From Phoronis australis (taxonomy: Eukaryota > Animalia > Phoronida), in contig NMRA01000092.1 in assembly GCA_002633005.1 (NCBI GenBank), forward strand, positions 188,493 to 252,492: a stretch of 64,000 nt of DNA, given 5' to 3'. Within the stretch, counting starts at the first letter, position 1. Each line of letters opens with the position of its first letter. The notes below the pieces were generated by a model. It was not told the DNA's origin and did not search any database. It saw nothing but the letters and a program-made list of their open reading frames with translations. Both the position numbers and the translations under genes were made by a program. This document shows positions 44,601 to 57,733 of this stretch, one piece after another.

Positions 44601-46381
44601 ATCTCGTTGAAGGGTATAAATGTACTTGTGTTGACATTCAAGGTACGCTTTTAAGGATTTTTTTTAGAGTTAATACCACAAAAAATAGATGTTTTTCATA
44701 TAGTAGGCAAAGTAGCTTTTTGCACCATTTTGTATCAATGCAAGAAAACAGTAGATGGATTTGAATGAACTATGTTTGCAAGCTACATGCATTTTTTATT
44801 TAACTAAACACATCTTAGATCATATCCAGACTTCCCTTAAAAATTGCTTCTAAGACATGCTTTGAGTAAGAAATCATCTCTAAAATGCTGCCACGTAATT
44901 GAATTTGAATGATAACACCAAAGGCATACATATCATGTTTGTGAAAAATGCACTGGCTGAGTCAGTGTCAAACATCAACCTTTTGGCTTTTTCAGATCAC
45001 TGTCTTTCCTCTTTGCTGCCGGTTGAATCATCAAAGTTCTGTTAAAGCTTGCGAATGTACCCTCATCCTCAGCTTCCATGTCACGCAAGCTCTGAAAGAA
45101 GTCCAATGATGAACAGTAGTTACGAGAGCTTTACACCAGGTCTGGTACAGACAGTGTGAGGGAAAGATGGTCACCTTGGACTGGTATTACCTCCCTTGGC
45201 ACCAAGCCGTTCTCATCCAATGCGCCAATCATGGATCACAGCACTTTGAAGAGTGGGTAAAATAAAGATTTAAAGAAATAACACCTTTGTTATATGGACA
45301 AGTTTAAATCCGCTGTTTTAATGTAAGAATTGCACGGATTTAAACAAAATAAGTTCTCATTTGCATTCTGCACTGGGTTGATACTGATAAGAGCCACTCA
45401 TGGAGCGATCGGCTCAGAGACCAGCTGGAAATTGAACAACAGCACAAACATGTAAAACCTAATCCTTTGTTCATGTTGAAGCTGGCAATCAGTTGTACAG
45501 CTTGGCAGCCTGAGTACAATTCAAGTGAGGCCTGAGCAATGTATAATCTAACAAAAAATTTCTTCAAGTGTCTGAATAATACTCTTCCAACAGACTGGGA
45601 AATCAAGCTTTGCTAATTTGCCAACTTCAGTTTTATCTGCACTTTATTATTTTATTTCATTCCAGTGGCGGCGACCTAGATCTGCTATCGATGAGGGGGG
45701 GGGGGACTTACCATTTTTCATTTTGCAACATCTGTGAACCTCCTCCCTAAGATAATCACATACACACATACACAAAAGAACACATTCACCATTAGCTGCA
45801 GCCTGAAGTGTCAAAATTTATACCTTAGTCACTTTTATGGTAATTATATCAGTGGTAAAAGGGTCCCTTTTAAAATTTTTTCTCCTTTAGTTGAATTAGA
45901 ATACAGTATTGATTGAATGTGGGAACTAAACATTGGCCCAGCTAGGTCCTCTGGCATGGGCAGAGCACCATAGGGGACTGGGGGGGGGGGGGNNNNNNNN
46001 NNNCCCCACTTTTTTCAGTGCTGCGCCGCCCATGTTCTATAGGCGGTGCACCACAGGCACAGGGGGGATCTTTAGCCCCCCACTTTTTCGGTGCTGTGCC
46101 GCCCATGTCTGGGACCATAACCTTTAAACCTGCCACTGGACTCCAAATAGTGCTTTTACGTTTACCCGTCAATGGTCATGCACAGCCACCTGGTTCAGTG
46201 CGTATGACGACGACGTACCCGGCAGTCTCACACTCTCACAGTCACTCGGATTCGGTGTACCATTCTTACCACGCCGAACATGCATTTGCCATACCTGTGA
46301 CTGGGTTTGGCAAAATGTACAGTAGTATAAGCCATCCACGCTCTCAAACTGTGAAGCTCCACACGTCTCACATACATCCAT
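29674..46381 (-). CDS. TAF1B: TATA box-binding protein-associated factor RNA polymerase I subunit B (SL1/Rrn7), about 627 aa
   Basis: Phase-consistent exons (-): 46381-46295, 45091-44980, 43870-43770, 42656-42562, 42412-42283, 40743-40622 (GC donor), 40154-40055, 39426-39297, 37614-37449, 36857-36811, 35847-35742, 34788-34691, 33996-33898, 33555-33471, 30079-29674. Total 1884 nt. Motifs: zinc ribbon CETC...DGLYYCTFC, WTTYEGFQIVILNQVKAL, VFQLWSLYL, TMTMMMTTCFSYLGL, GEVPYIKAHKLFPEDMK and YEAIAMAYVVLLLKLTLGLND. Confidence 0.9.
31430..33446 (+). mobile_element. 5'-truncated, decayed non-LTR retrotransposon (CR1/L2-group RT C-terminus plus 3' UTR), interrupted by a DNA element
   Basis: LQTDLNKLYDWS, KHLGLQLDHKLTF, FKSFVLPHLDYCDIIY and ERLQYQAALAITGA, with stops and frameshifts. 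A tail-like attaaaaaaaatcaaatc lies at about 33430-33446. Confidence 0.8.
32592..33396. mobile_element. Non-autonomous DNA transposon with subterminal (c)taaagtcgtga repeats
   Basis: ccttaagtcgtga (32601) and cctaaagtcgtga (32797) on the left; inverted tcacgactttagg twice (33355-33384) on the right; ends ...gacggTA. Confidence 0.55.
38551..38963 (+). repeat. 23-bp minisatellite aaatgacatctgacgtgtccacc, about 18 copies
   Basis: Head-to-tail units with no unique spacers are directly visible. Confidence 0.95.
39699..39880 (+). repeat. 88-bp tandem duplication
   Basis: aatcaacaattcttatctatacc...ggcattaggtcac occurs twice. Confidence 0.9.
41852..42278. mobile_element. MITE with about 80-bp imperfect TIRs
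   Basis: tgaacttggaatcctgttttatctcaagatcgcgtaagcatgaacttggaat matches the reverse complement of attccaagttcacgcatacgtgatcttgagattaagcaagattccaagttca. Confidence 0.7.
43440..43555. mobile_element. CAGGGGCGGATCC...ATCCGCCACTG MITE family copy with 5-bp TSD ATATC
   Basis: Homologous to 57992-58126 and 60538-60691. ATATC is at 43435-43439 and 43556-43560. Confidence 0.75.
45663..46138. mobile_element. CAGTGGC...GCCACTG-terminated G/C-tract MITE, possibly composite, in TAF1B intron 1
   Basis: Short TIRs cagtggc/gccactg, internal poly-G tracts and a duplicated ccccactttttt...gtgctg(c/t)gccgcccatgt. Confidence 0.45.
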
Positions 46382-46525
46382 GACTCCAGAAATAAACTGG
46401 AAGACGATGTCTGTTTATCATGAACAGCAATATCGGCGACACGTTACCAAAAGACGTCGCTGTTAGTTGCATCAGCAACGAACCCTGGCGTCAGATGGGC
46501 CTGAAGGCTGAACAGACGAATGTAA
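46382..46525. promoter_or_regulatory. Bidirectional promoter/5' UTR region shared by TAF1B and the PGAM gene
   Basis: Only 144 bp separate the two divergent ATGs, and the stretch is CpG-rich. Confidence 0.7.
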
Positions 46526-49500
46526 ATGGTGAAGTATAAAATTGTCATCGTAAGACATGGAGAATCTTGCTGGAATTTGGAAAACAGGTTCTGTGGTTGG
46601 CACGATGTAGACTTGGGCGATGTTGGGATATCGGAGGCTCATTACGCTGGCAAGGTATGCCTGCCGCTCATTGTGGTGATGTTTTTTAAGTTTATTTGCA
46701 GTCATAAGTTCAGAATCAGTAGCAAAACTAGCAAACTCATCGCCCCCACCCCCTGGTTCCCTCCCCAGTGGACACCCCCTCAAGTTCCCACCCCCACCCC
46801 TCCGGCTGCGCCCCTCCAGTGANNNNNNNNNNNNNNNNNNNNNNNNNNNNNNNNNNNNNNNNNNNNNNNNNNNNNNNNNNNNNNNNNNNNNNNNNNNNNN
46901 NNNNNNNNNNNNNNNNNNNNNNNNNNNNNNNNNNNNNNNNNNNNNNNNNNNNNNNNNNNNNNNNNNNNNNNNNNNNNNNNNNNNNNNNNNNNNNNNNNNN
47001 NNNNNNNNNNNNNNNNNNNNNNNNNNNNNNNNNNNNNNNNNNNNNNNNNNNNNNNNNNNNNNNNNNCGCCACCCCCTTCCCCCCCTTCCAGTCGCCAACC
47101 CATCCCCACCCGACCAGTGCGTTTTTATGCAATTCAGTCCTGGTCTCATAACGCAGTGGGAACTCGGATATTTTATTTACTCACATCACTTTCCCACGCC
47201 ATGAAGAAATACTCGAAAAAAACGAGATTCGGGTTTGTATGGTACTTAAGTTGTAATTTACAACGCTAGATGTCGGTAATGGAGCTAATGCATTGAAGAT
47301 CTATGGCTGCACACTAACGAGAGATTTCTTACCTATCACGTATAGTACGTTTGTGGGCAAATTTTTGGAAAATAAAAGTTTAAATCGAAACAATTTTAGC
47401 ACAGGAGTAAAGAGTGAACAATTACGAATCGATTGAGGTATATATCATCCATGTGTGATCATTTTTGTTGGATATATGAAGGATTGAATGGGGTCTGAAT
47501 AGGGACCCTGCAAGTAGAGTTTTACCCAGGACATCATTAATAAAGAACAAGTACTGGTAACGGTTTTACTCAGGAATGTAGATGCGCTGAAAATCTGATA
47601 TTAATGTGTGGGAAGTAATGGATATCTCGTCACTGTTATGTCACTATGTGCGTTATCGCTGTGATTAGCTGCTCGACATTCAGTTCTTCTTCTTCTTGGT
47701 TTAAGTTACCATACTCTCTCCAGATTATTAAGTCACAATGAAGTTGGGATCATTCATTGTCTGACCCAGATCGAAGCTTAAGCAACTGGTAATCATACAT
47801 ATTGCTAGTAGAAAATTTTGCTGAAACCGTCAGACTTGAAACTGGGTTTCCAGCATCAGAGCTGAGCATCCAAATCACTGTCATAATAACCGAGTTTGCC
47901 GGACCTCAAGAATCGAATCACCGACCCCGATTTAACCGGCGAGCATGCTAACCATTCAGCTAATAGGCGAGTAGCTAACAGAGGCTAGTATATGATTCAC
48001 CGGAAGCACTTTCACAACATTCCCCCCTTTCCTATCAACAAGCGCTCCACCAGCCAGGTGTACCTTACATTATGCCTGTACATGCACCTTACATCGTGCC
48101 TGTACACGTACCTTACATTATGCCTTTACATGCACCTTACATCGTGCCTGTACACGTACCTTACATCATGCTTGCCAAGCGTCCAAACCTTTCAGCCAAG
48201 AGGCAATTGCCGCTTGGCAAGCGATTTAAGGAGGCTTTAAATGGCTTTACATCACACCCAGAAGTCATGCTTCACTACGTCAGAACAGCTCAGATGGTTA
48301 TCACGTGCATCACATAGTGGTGAGATTGCGAACCTCACCAGACTTCAGGCGCATCTATATTCCTGTGAAATTCAAGTTTGGCACTAAAGAACGAGAGTAT
48401 GAAAAGATTGAATATAGGAATTCAGAATTGATTGCAGTCACTCGCTTCAAATGACATTATCACCTATCTTCAGCTCTTGCTGAAGCCGGCAATATACTGG
48501 TAGTATTGTTAATCAGTAGCCAGCCACAGCATACAGCTCTGTGGAATCAAACAAAGTACAATTAATAAACCTCCCAGAGGTTAACAAAATGTGTTTTTAA
48601 CCAAAATTCATCGGTGACCAAATCAAGTTTTCTGTTATTAAGTAAAATTTGTTTTTAATATTAAATTCTCCTGTTTATGCTTACTCAAGGCCGTGGAATT
48701 CTGATCCCGTGAATTTCTCCCAGTACAGTAAAATTATCCCGATTTGAGAATCTGTTGACTGAATTCCACATTGCAGTGTTAGAAAATTGCACAAGTCTGA
48801 AGACTTGAACCTGGAATTTTTGGCATGTGAGTGAAGCATTCAAACCAATTGGCCAATAGGCAATTTCTCATTGGCAAGCAATTTGGAGAGGCTTCGTTGA
48901 TTGCACAACACAACCGGAGGTCACGTGATACAACAACTGACGTCACTCTTGTCAGCCTAGGCGTACTCGACTATATTTTGACGAGGATTATACCTAGAAA
49001 ATAAGGATAGCCACCCATTTAGAGAATGGGCTCGAAAAAAGAGACCTCTGTGTTGGCAGCATTCATGAAACAGTACTGGGATTTCTTCCAGACAGAACAC
49101 CATCCCTTCTAATATTCCACGTTTTCTGCAGACTAGTTGTTCTGTATTGAAGGATGTTTTCCACTGATAATCATATGCCGAGGACATATATGTATGATTG
49201 GATCCTAAAACTTTCCCAGTTCCGTTGGAAATGGATACCAAAACTATAACAATATTTCAAAGATCATACTTTGTTATGGTGAAAAAATATGTTTCTAGTA
49301 TTTTAACTGTCTTATTTGTCAAACTTAGCTTCAGCAACTTTAAATTCACCACTAAATCAATACAATTATAGGGCTTCAACCAATCTTTTGAAGATACTTT
49401 GTGATAAGACTTTTGCGAAGTTTTTTGCACATTTGCTGTTTCCGTTACTCACTAGGTGCTCAAAGAAGCAGGGTTTCAGTTTGACCTTGCCTACACAAGT

Positions 49501-52500
49501 GTTCTTAAAAGGGCAATCAAAACACTGAACATCATCCATGATGAAATGGACAATCACTGGATACCCGTGTTCAAATCATGGAGACTAAATGAAAGACAGT
49601 ACGGGGATCTTCAAGGAAGAAACAAGTCTGAAACTGCGGCTATCTATGGAGAAGATCAGGTTAAGGTATAGGTATATTCTGGCAGTCTTAAAAATTCTAG
49701 ATTGCTTGGTTAAAACAGAAATTTTTGTATAATTTGATTACTGTTAAGTCATGGTGGACCATTGGCATTTGAAGTTGGGGACTAGAATATCAACTAAAGA
49801 CAATGGAGGATTTTCATGTGCTTCATTCCACTCACAAACTTGTTGAATTTCTTTAATAATAGTTCGATTTTCATTTTGAAATTTGCCTCAGCTTGTTCCT
49901 TGTCATGGACAGAGGAGGTTACACACATGATCTCTGGATCCGCTATGGCAGTTTATTTCCTTGACAAGTAAAAACAACAAATGTCTAATATAACACACCC
50001 AACTCTCTTAGGGTCACTTATAGAACCTCTAGTAACTCCTAGTCTTATAACATTCATCACAATCGTATCCTAGTCATGTAACATTCATCACTGACAGTAG
50101 GCCGGTCTACACCCAACTATGTCACAAGTATGTTTAACTCTGAAGACTCGGCTCAGAAAGTTGAGCAGCCACCACGTACACTTTTTGTCAGCTGATTATG
50201 ATTTGCCTCTTGGACACTAGGTGGGGCTACTGCTACATAATTTCTGTATTGATTTTGTGAGCAGCACTGGTTTTGGCTAACTTCGAAATTGTTATGTATT
50301 TCTTGTAGGTATGGCGCCGTTCATATGACGTCCGACCCCCCAGTCTTGCCCGCAGTGATCCCAGGTGGCCGGGTAGTGATCCCAAATACAAAGTTAGTAA
50401 GTGGGTGGTGAAGGTGGAAGAGATTTTGTAACATTGACTGTAACTAGGAGTTTTGAGAAAACCCCTGTCCAAATGCAACAGGATCATTATAACATGTATC
50501 TGTCATCGTGAGAGTGAAGCAATACAATAACTGGCATGATAAATACTACTGGGACCTGTTGTATCTAACGTTGTGTATCCAGCCAGTTATAGCTAATTGA
50601 TGTACTATGTAGTTATGAACTAGGTGATGTACCATTGCAGCTTAATTTGATCGTAGACATCATTTGTGCTCGGTAACCATCTTGAAGTTCTTAAATCACT
50701 TGACAATGTCTAATGAATGAAAATTTAAAATTCAGAGTCTTGGCTAGGACTGGATGTACAGCCCTTGATTAAACGGTCCTCTTACAATTAGATGTAAGCA
50801 GTAGTGGGCCCTGACACAAAAAAACATTCTATACATCTGATAGTACAGTAACCACAGGGTTAGTATCTTGTTTTAGTATTTGTAGTCGAATTTTTAGATT
50901 CAGAGGGCCAGCTGGAGGATTTGTGAGACAAACCACTGAATTATTTCTCCTACCTGACAATGACTTCATACGAATGTCTTTACAAGTTATTCAATTATAT
51001 TCGATTGATGTGTTGCCATCTTGAATGAATATTTGCAGTATGTTAACTGAGGTTTACTTGACAAATGAACTCGTCTATACTTTCAAATGTCAAGCGATGC
51101 TTTGTAATAGCAAAAAATAGTGCTGTCTTGAGAAACAAATTTATACTTACTTAGCTAGATTTTCAAATTTTGTTCATTTTAGTTTAAAATTGCCATGTAT
51201 GTTTTTTAAATTGATTTCTGTTCTGTTTCTTCAGCTACTTGACTCCCAAGTCATCCCTACCCACGAGTGTCTCAGAGATGTTGTGTGTCGCGTGCTACCA
51301 TTTTGGCACGATGTAATCGTACCGTCCTTAAAGTCTGGCAAGCGCCCTCTGTTGGTGGTACATGGAAGTACAGCGAGAGCTTTAATCAAATACATTGATG
51401 GTGTTTCTGATGAAGACATCCTCAACTTGAATGTGCCAACAGGTACAGTGTTTATATACCTGCCGTCCACCTTTGATTTAGACGGCTTATAAGTAAGTAA
51501 GTGGTCTCAACTTGTCCCTTACTCAGATTAAAAGGGACTTAGGAGCGCGGAACGAGTTCCCGTATTCTGCACTCCTGTTCTTTTCGGCGATGAGGTAAGA
51601 TTAACTGTACAATGGTAGCGCTGTGTGCATGATGGACTTCGCCGTCTTTTGTTCTTCAGAACCCTTGGGAAGAGGTGAAATGTGGCATCTCGCATCCATG
51701 GATATTTATCCCACTTCCTTAAAACGGGATTGCTACCCACAGCACAGCAGTAATACTTTCCTGGCATGTCTCAAAAAATGATGTAAAATATAAAGTATTC
51801 AGACGACAGATTCCAACATGTGAATCTCCATAGGAGCAAAAGCGAGGCTGGTAACCTGCCTGCCGTAGCTGGAGGTGTGCCGCTATTTTGAATCTCACGG
51901 CATGGGAGAACCATCAGTGCGGAAGGCGAGAACTGACTATCCGTTACCGCTTGAGACGATTGTTGCAGCATAAAATGACCGGCTGAAACAAGCCAGCATG
52001 TTGACCCTGATCTTGTGCTATAAGTTCTCCTATCTGAGTAAGGAACGAGGCTAGACCATGTTTATAACTGTGTCGTGTCTTAATCAAGATTGTTGCAAGT
52101 GAAAATCTTGTTCAAGTAAGAAAAAATAAATTTGAGACAGTTCGACGTGCCAAGAATACTGACCATTAGCTGTACAGTAGTCTTGTTATATTGACAGGGC
52201 TGCCAACTGTTACGGGTTTACTTGTTCGTCAGTACCTTTGGGGCATAAATATAGACTATTACTATGTGAGGATGTTATTTCCCCTATCTAGACCCCTTTT
52301 GAGATTTGGAAGAGTTGTCCCACGAGGGTGATAATTCCCACAAATCCCACAAGGGGTTTAGACAGGGAAGATAACTGATGAGGACATGCGTGGTATTTTT
52401 TCACCTATTTAGCACACAGTATGGCAGACTAGTAAAACTTCATTTTTGTCAAATTTCTGAGTAAAAATAAATATTAAAAAATTTTTAGTCTGTTTGTTTG

Positions 52501-53217
52501 AATTCTAATATTTTCTCAGTTCAATATTTTCTATCAAAAGAGGGTCAGGAGTGATAATAGCAAAATGCAAAAATTTTAGTTTCAAATCATATTCAACTAA
52601 AAAGCAAATTAAAAGCTTATCACGTCGATCTTTTGTGTTCAGCACGGTTGATTTCTACCCATCATGTGAAGGGTTTCAGCAAATCTCAATGATTTCTGAT
52701 CCACCCTAACGTTGTAGACACGTGGATTCACAGGTCCTGAAGTCAGCCCAATGAAATGTGGTGAATTTCAGAAACAGAATTATAAGCCCGGTGATTAGAA
52801 ACTTCATCTTTACGCCATTTCTCTTCATAGGAATGTTTTGATTTGTGTACTGACTGTCATCGATCAATATTTGATGAACTTATTTTCTAGCATTTCTGGC
52901 GATAGAATTAAAACAGTTGCTAGGATACCTACCCCCACAAAGAATTGGAAGTTACTGTTTTGTGTTGAATTATGACATAAACAGTAGACTTATGATTGAG
53001 CAAAATGTGATAAGATCTTCTTTTCTTTATTAAAGGTATTCCCCTGGTATATGAGCTTGATGAGGGTCTCAGTCCTATAAAGCACTACTATTTAGCCGAA
53101 GATGCCAAAGTCAAACAAGCTGTTCAGAAAATCATAGACCAGGGTAAAGCTAAGCGTAAGGACCCTGACAACAACAATAAGGTGCCCAACCTCACAACCC
53201 CAGCGACAGTTAATTGA
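46526..53217 (+). CDS. PGAM: 2,3-bisphosphoglycerate-dependent phosphoglycerate mutase (dPGM; PGAM/BPGM family), about 270 aa
   Basis: Exons 46526-46654, 49456-49665, 50309-50392, 51235-51442, 53036-53217. Total 813 nt. Motifs: [66 protein letters not shown] and DQGKAK. Confidence 0.95.
47823..47968 (-). mobile_element. Two adjacent degenerate tRNA-derived SINE heads (a third at about 48790-48855, -)
   Basis: The minus strand reads tagctgaatggttagcatgctcgcc...ggtgattcgattc (A and B boxes) and gatgctcagctctgatgctggaaacccagtttcaagtc. The stems are too degraded for a tRNA. Confidence 0.45.
48059..48172 (+). repeat. 24-bp minisatellite accttacat(t/c)(a/g)tgcctgtaca(t/c)g(c/t), about 5 copies
   Basis: Directly visible. 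Confidence 0.85.
52275..52378. mobile_element. Short palindromic MITE-like element
   Basis: gttatttcccctatctagacccctt matches the reverse complement of aaggggtttagacagggaagataac. Confidence 0.55.
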
Positions 53218-55441
53218 GGAGCCCAACATTAATAACCCAATGACAACGAATAACTTAAAGTTGTATTTCACCGCTGTTTAGCTGTCAGTGTTGAATTCTT
53301 AACCAGTGTTTTGGAACGTAGAAACATGACCACACTCATCTGATCTTGAGTTATTGCTGAATGAGCTGGAAACTCAAGTGACCTACAATGCATAGATGTG
53401 CCATTTTCGAATCCGCAATAAGGGATATTCCTGCCCAGATTTGGACCGGTGCCCTTTGGGCACACCTGATGATAAAAAGTGTGCCTTTTTCAAAATGTTG
53501 TGCCCAACAGACTTAGTGTAATTAAAGTGGTAACTTATGAAACAGAAACCACTGGGGCAATCAAAATAAGAACAGTCATGTTTTATCCGACTGGCTGTAA
53601 GTTGACTAGAAACTTACATTTTTGGAGGGGTGTTGCATTTTAAAAGATGTGCCCAGAGGGTGCACTGCTGCAATGTACTTGCACCTTTTTTGTGCACTGA
53701 TGGCGCAAAGGCGCAGTCCAGGAATATCCCTGCGCAATTTTAGGGTTGACTCTGAAACCTTTTCGTGATGGTTTCTGTGTTGTCGTTGGTAACAGAAATA
53801 GAATGCTATTATGGTAAGGAATGTTGTCAGACTGGTAGTATGATAGTATAAGCCCTAATGTGTTTCTCATTTTATAGCCAGCTAAACAAGGGGAAGTGCA
53901 CCTTTAAGAACCTATTCAACACTGCCATGCTTATAGATCTTGTGATGTGATGGAGGACATGCATGACATGAAGTGATGTGCTTGAAAGTCCTCTGGACAG
54001 GAATAGTTGCCAGAATGCATATTGAATGACAATTCTACTGAAAGATCTCCCACTGATGAACACAAGTAAAGTTTGAATAAAGTTAACAACTTTTTTTAAA
54101 ATGTAGCAACATGAATAAAGCTTGGTGGGTGTTTTACTGCCAAAACATGCCGTTACATTTTAGAAAAGTTGTTTTCTTTATTCAAACTTTGAATGATGAT
54201 TCTGATAATGATGACAACGATGACAAGGATGATGAGATGATAGGTGAGATGAAAGCAATGCATTACAGAACCAGCACTGTCCACATTTATGAACCATCAG
54301 GGCAGTCATAATTGACTTACGTAGTTGAAATAGGGAGCCCTGATTAAATATTCATTTAATAACCTTGTCATGACATGGAAACTATGGTCCAGTTGATATG
54401 GCCAAGCCTGCGTTCCGTAGACAAAAGAATTTGTGAAAACTCAAAATTTTGTGAGATATCGCCATTCATTACAAGTTATTTATTTATTTTTTATTTATTT
54501 TATTTATTGTAATATTTAATATGAGGGTAGCCTCTTCAGTGTCCAAGAGGGCCCTCAGAAAGTAAAGTGAAGCATGTGGTCATGCTAACTTTACTTGTCT
54601 CACAAAATTCTTGTGTCTACAGCACACTGCCCAGCTTTAACCAAAGACTAGTTGAATAGAATTTCTTGCTTTATTACTATGGTATTCATGACTCGCTGCA
54701 GTACACCCAAGGTGTACCACTGCTTGTGTCATGTGACGAAAAGAGTAGGAACACTGGAATGGTGGTAGAAACAAAGACGACTTTTACTTGGTGCTTTTTT
54801 GTTTAAATTTTGCTTAATTATCACAGGCGCTTGTTTTAGTCATATTGCCAATGAGGGCATGGCTTCACAAAATTTAGCTGTAGTCAAGACGTGATATGTG
54901 TTTATGATCATCAAATTTGGGAACCCTGTGATTTCTGAGAATGGCATTAAACACTCAATGAGAACTTGAAGGCTGCACCAAGAATATTTTCTGGTGAGAG
55001 CACAAGATCTTTGAACCTTAATTTTTACCACCATGTACGTGCAGCTAGGAGCAATGTGATAGGTCAAATGCTCCTGTTATGACCTATCATGTAGGAAGGA
55101 AGTTTGACCAGTTGTGTTGCTTATTGCGTCACATGCAGAAATGCTTGGCTGTTAATCTTCAAAAAAATTATAGAAGCTTTCATCAGTGCAGTCAACTGTG
55201 AATTTATGACTTATAGGTGTAATGTAATGACAAGGGATTTAATACCATAAAGTGGTCACAGGGTACTATTTTTGACGGCTGTTATTTGACCAACATGAAG
55301 CTGTGTTCCTGCTCTTTAATTATTAAGACAGCACCTGTGGTTTAATTATCTGTGATATTTTGTCATCCCGGGACTGTTTAAAATTCCCACTTTTTTACCC
55401 TCTTTCTTGATAGCATGGGAATTGTCGATATTTTCATAGAT

Positions 55442-55690
55442 CAGGGTCCTGTTCCAAGAAACTGGCTTGAGTTCATTTTTGACTTAAGTCTATGTCTCAA
55501 CTTCTAAATTTGAAATTTCCACCTCAGGTAAGTTAGTCAAAATTTGCAAAACTTAAGTCAAAATCTTAAAGTCAAACTTAAGGTCTCTTACTTGAAACGA
55601 ACTTGTGACAAATTTAAGCTTTATCTTAAAATTGACTGAAATTTAAGATTTGCCTTAGTTAAGCCACATTTCTTGGAGTGGGTGTCAGGA
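55442..55690. mobile_element. PIF/Harbinger-like MITE rich in cttaag repeats (second copy at 63022-63279, opposite orientation)
   Basis: cctgttccaagaaactggcttgagtt...gacttaagtc matches the reverse complement of gacttaagtcaaaagttaacttaagtcagtttcttggaacagg at 63231-63273. Confidence 0.65.
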
Positions 55691-57423
55691 TTTTATGTTA
55701 GATAACCGCCAGGCTCACGGGGAGACACACAAGACCAGTGTTCTGTGTTCTAGACCTTTTATTGCTATGTACACCTGTGGTGTGCAGACCATAGATCATA
55801 GACAACAGATTCGCAATTTCCTATGGAATTCTCAGAGGCGGTGCCACTCTCTTCCAATGCTCATCTCAGTTTGTGGTTGGTGAGCAAATCACGTTGCCAG
55901 AAGTAAAACGTGCCGTCACACCAGGCGTCGCTAGTGAATAGTGACATCTGGCTTGTGCATAAGGTCAGAGATCTTGTACCTTGAGAATTTACAAATTAAA
56001 TGGAAAATAAGATCAGGTCAGCAAAACTTGATAATTTGGTTGGTGAGAAAATGAGTTAACTTTCTTTTTCGACTTGATTTTGCAATGATGGCAGGAGATA
56101 TCCAATCTTAAACTGGTTTATTTCGGTTCCTGAACCTGAACAAGCACTAGTAGATGCTGAAATCTCTTGGATTCTAATGGCACTACAAGGGGGAAAGTCT
56201 GCCACATGCATACATCAACGAGCATAAAATTGCCAGGGATGTTGGTGTCAACGAATGATGGCAATGTTAAAGCAGTTCATCATTTTTTCGCATCTTTAAT
56301 GATGTGAAAAAGCAATTAAATAAAAGTTTGAATTTTGTCTTTTCGCATCATGATCGTTTTTATGATGTCAGAAGCCTAAACAACTCCCTCCATTAGATTA
56401 TGTTTTGAAACCGGTGAAAATGGTGGTAATTACGAACAATCTCTTATGTATGTTATGATTTGTTTTTGTCTCCTGTCAAATTGTTTCCAAATGAGAAAGG
56501 AATAACATGAGACTGATTATTTAGCAATAAGGCCACTAAATCAAAACTTTTTTGGCAGAAGAGATGTTGGTTTGTTATTCTTTTTGAATGAGCATTATCA
56601 GCTAGAAAAGTGGTTTTATGAAATCAGCCTGAGCACGAATCAACACCACACCCCTGCAGTGACAGTCTGGGGCTGTGCTGTTGAGAGTTAAACAGATAGA
56701 CAATCAACAAGAATTGGTGATTTGTTATAAAATTCCAAAACTAAACGATTTTGTTGGTTTGTAGCTCTGGTCAAGCTAATAATTTCAAGAAACCTCTCCC
56801 ATCCAGCAATAATGCCAATATTGGGGTTTCTGCCTTTTAAAAACCTGATGATGTCCCTTTCAAGGCATTTTGTTTTGAACTCAAGTGGACCCAAGAAGCC
56901 ATTAGTTAACATGCCCATTCTATACTTTCTTGAATCTAAATTTTTGGAAATTATTTTCATTTGTTTTCTTGGTTTATTTAATCACTGCTCTTTGTTCATC
57001 AATCATTTGTTTTTTCCAACTTTTTTGTTTTCCTTTTTTGCTGTTCTCTTCACCTTTTGTCAAATGTTGCAGTTTCAAGTGTGTGACTGACCTTTGGCCA
57101 TCTTCAGTCCAATTGCCAAAGCTGAAACCTAGAAATTTTGTTAGATATTTAACTCTGTGATATTTCGTTAATTTGTTTTTAGTGCAAAAGTTTGCTTTCT
57201 TAGTTTATTTGAAAAAGGTGTGAGCTTCCTTGTACAAAGGCAAGTTGTCAGTTGTTTTGCTTTACTTGTTCACACAAAATGAAATACTGTTTGTTCAATA
57301 TTTATCGTGGTTACGCTTTTTGAGATTTAGGATTTATGAATACTTGTTGTTTTCTGGTCTAAATGTGGTGCCATATTGCATTCTGAAAGGTCTTTTAGTC
57401 TTATCGATTCATTAAATGTAAAG

Positions 57424-57733
57424 GCCAGTACAGACGGATTGTCATGAGCTCAACTTGCTGCCTCAACTGAAAATTAGCTCACGGCAACTGACAACACGAG
57501 CTTCATTCTGGCTCTGTGCTATAAAGCTATTGTATACTTTGCAGTTATTTGTATATAGTCCCATTGTCAGAGACTAGCACTTGTGCTGATGTTACCTTGA
57601 TATAAGTTAAATCTGACGTTTAATGAAATTTACCGTGGCTTTACTTTTTTTCACTTTAATGCCTTCACTAGCGCTATCTGCCCAGCTAGTATCATTTATT
57701 TGAGGCAGCTCGTAGCCCCTCTGTCTGTGCTGG
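57424..57733. mobile_element. MITE with degenerate TIRs
   Basis: gccagtacagacgg...gctgcctcaa matches the reverse complement of ttgaggcagc...ctgtctgtgctggc. Confidence 0.5.

Noticed and set aside
46472-47151. Long ORFs spanning the N gap
   Set aside because: They are open only because of the Ns.
47898-47968. tRNA gene
   Set aside because: A and B boxes are present but the cloverleaf stems do not pair; treated as a SINE head.
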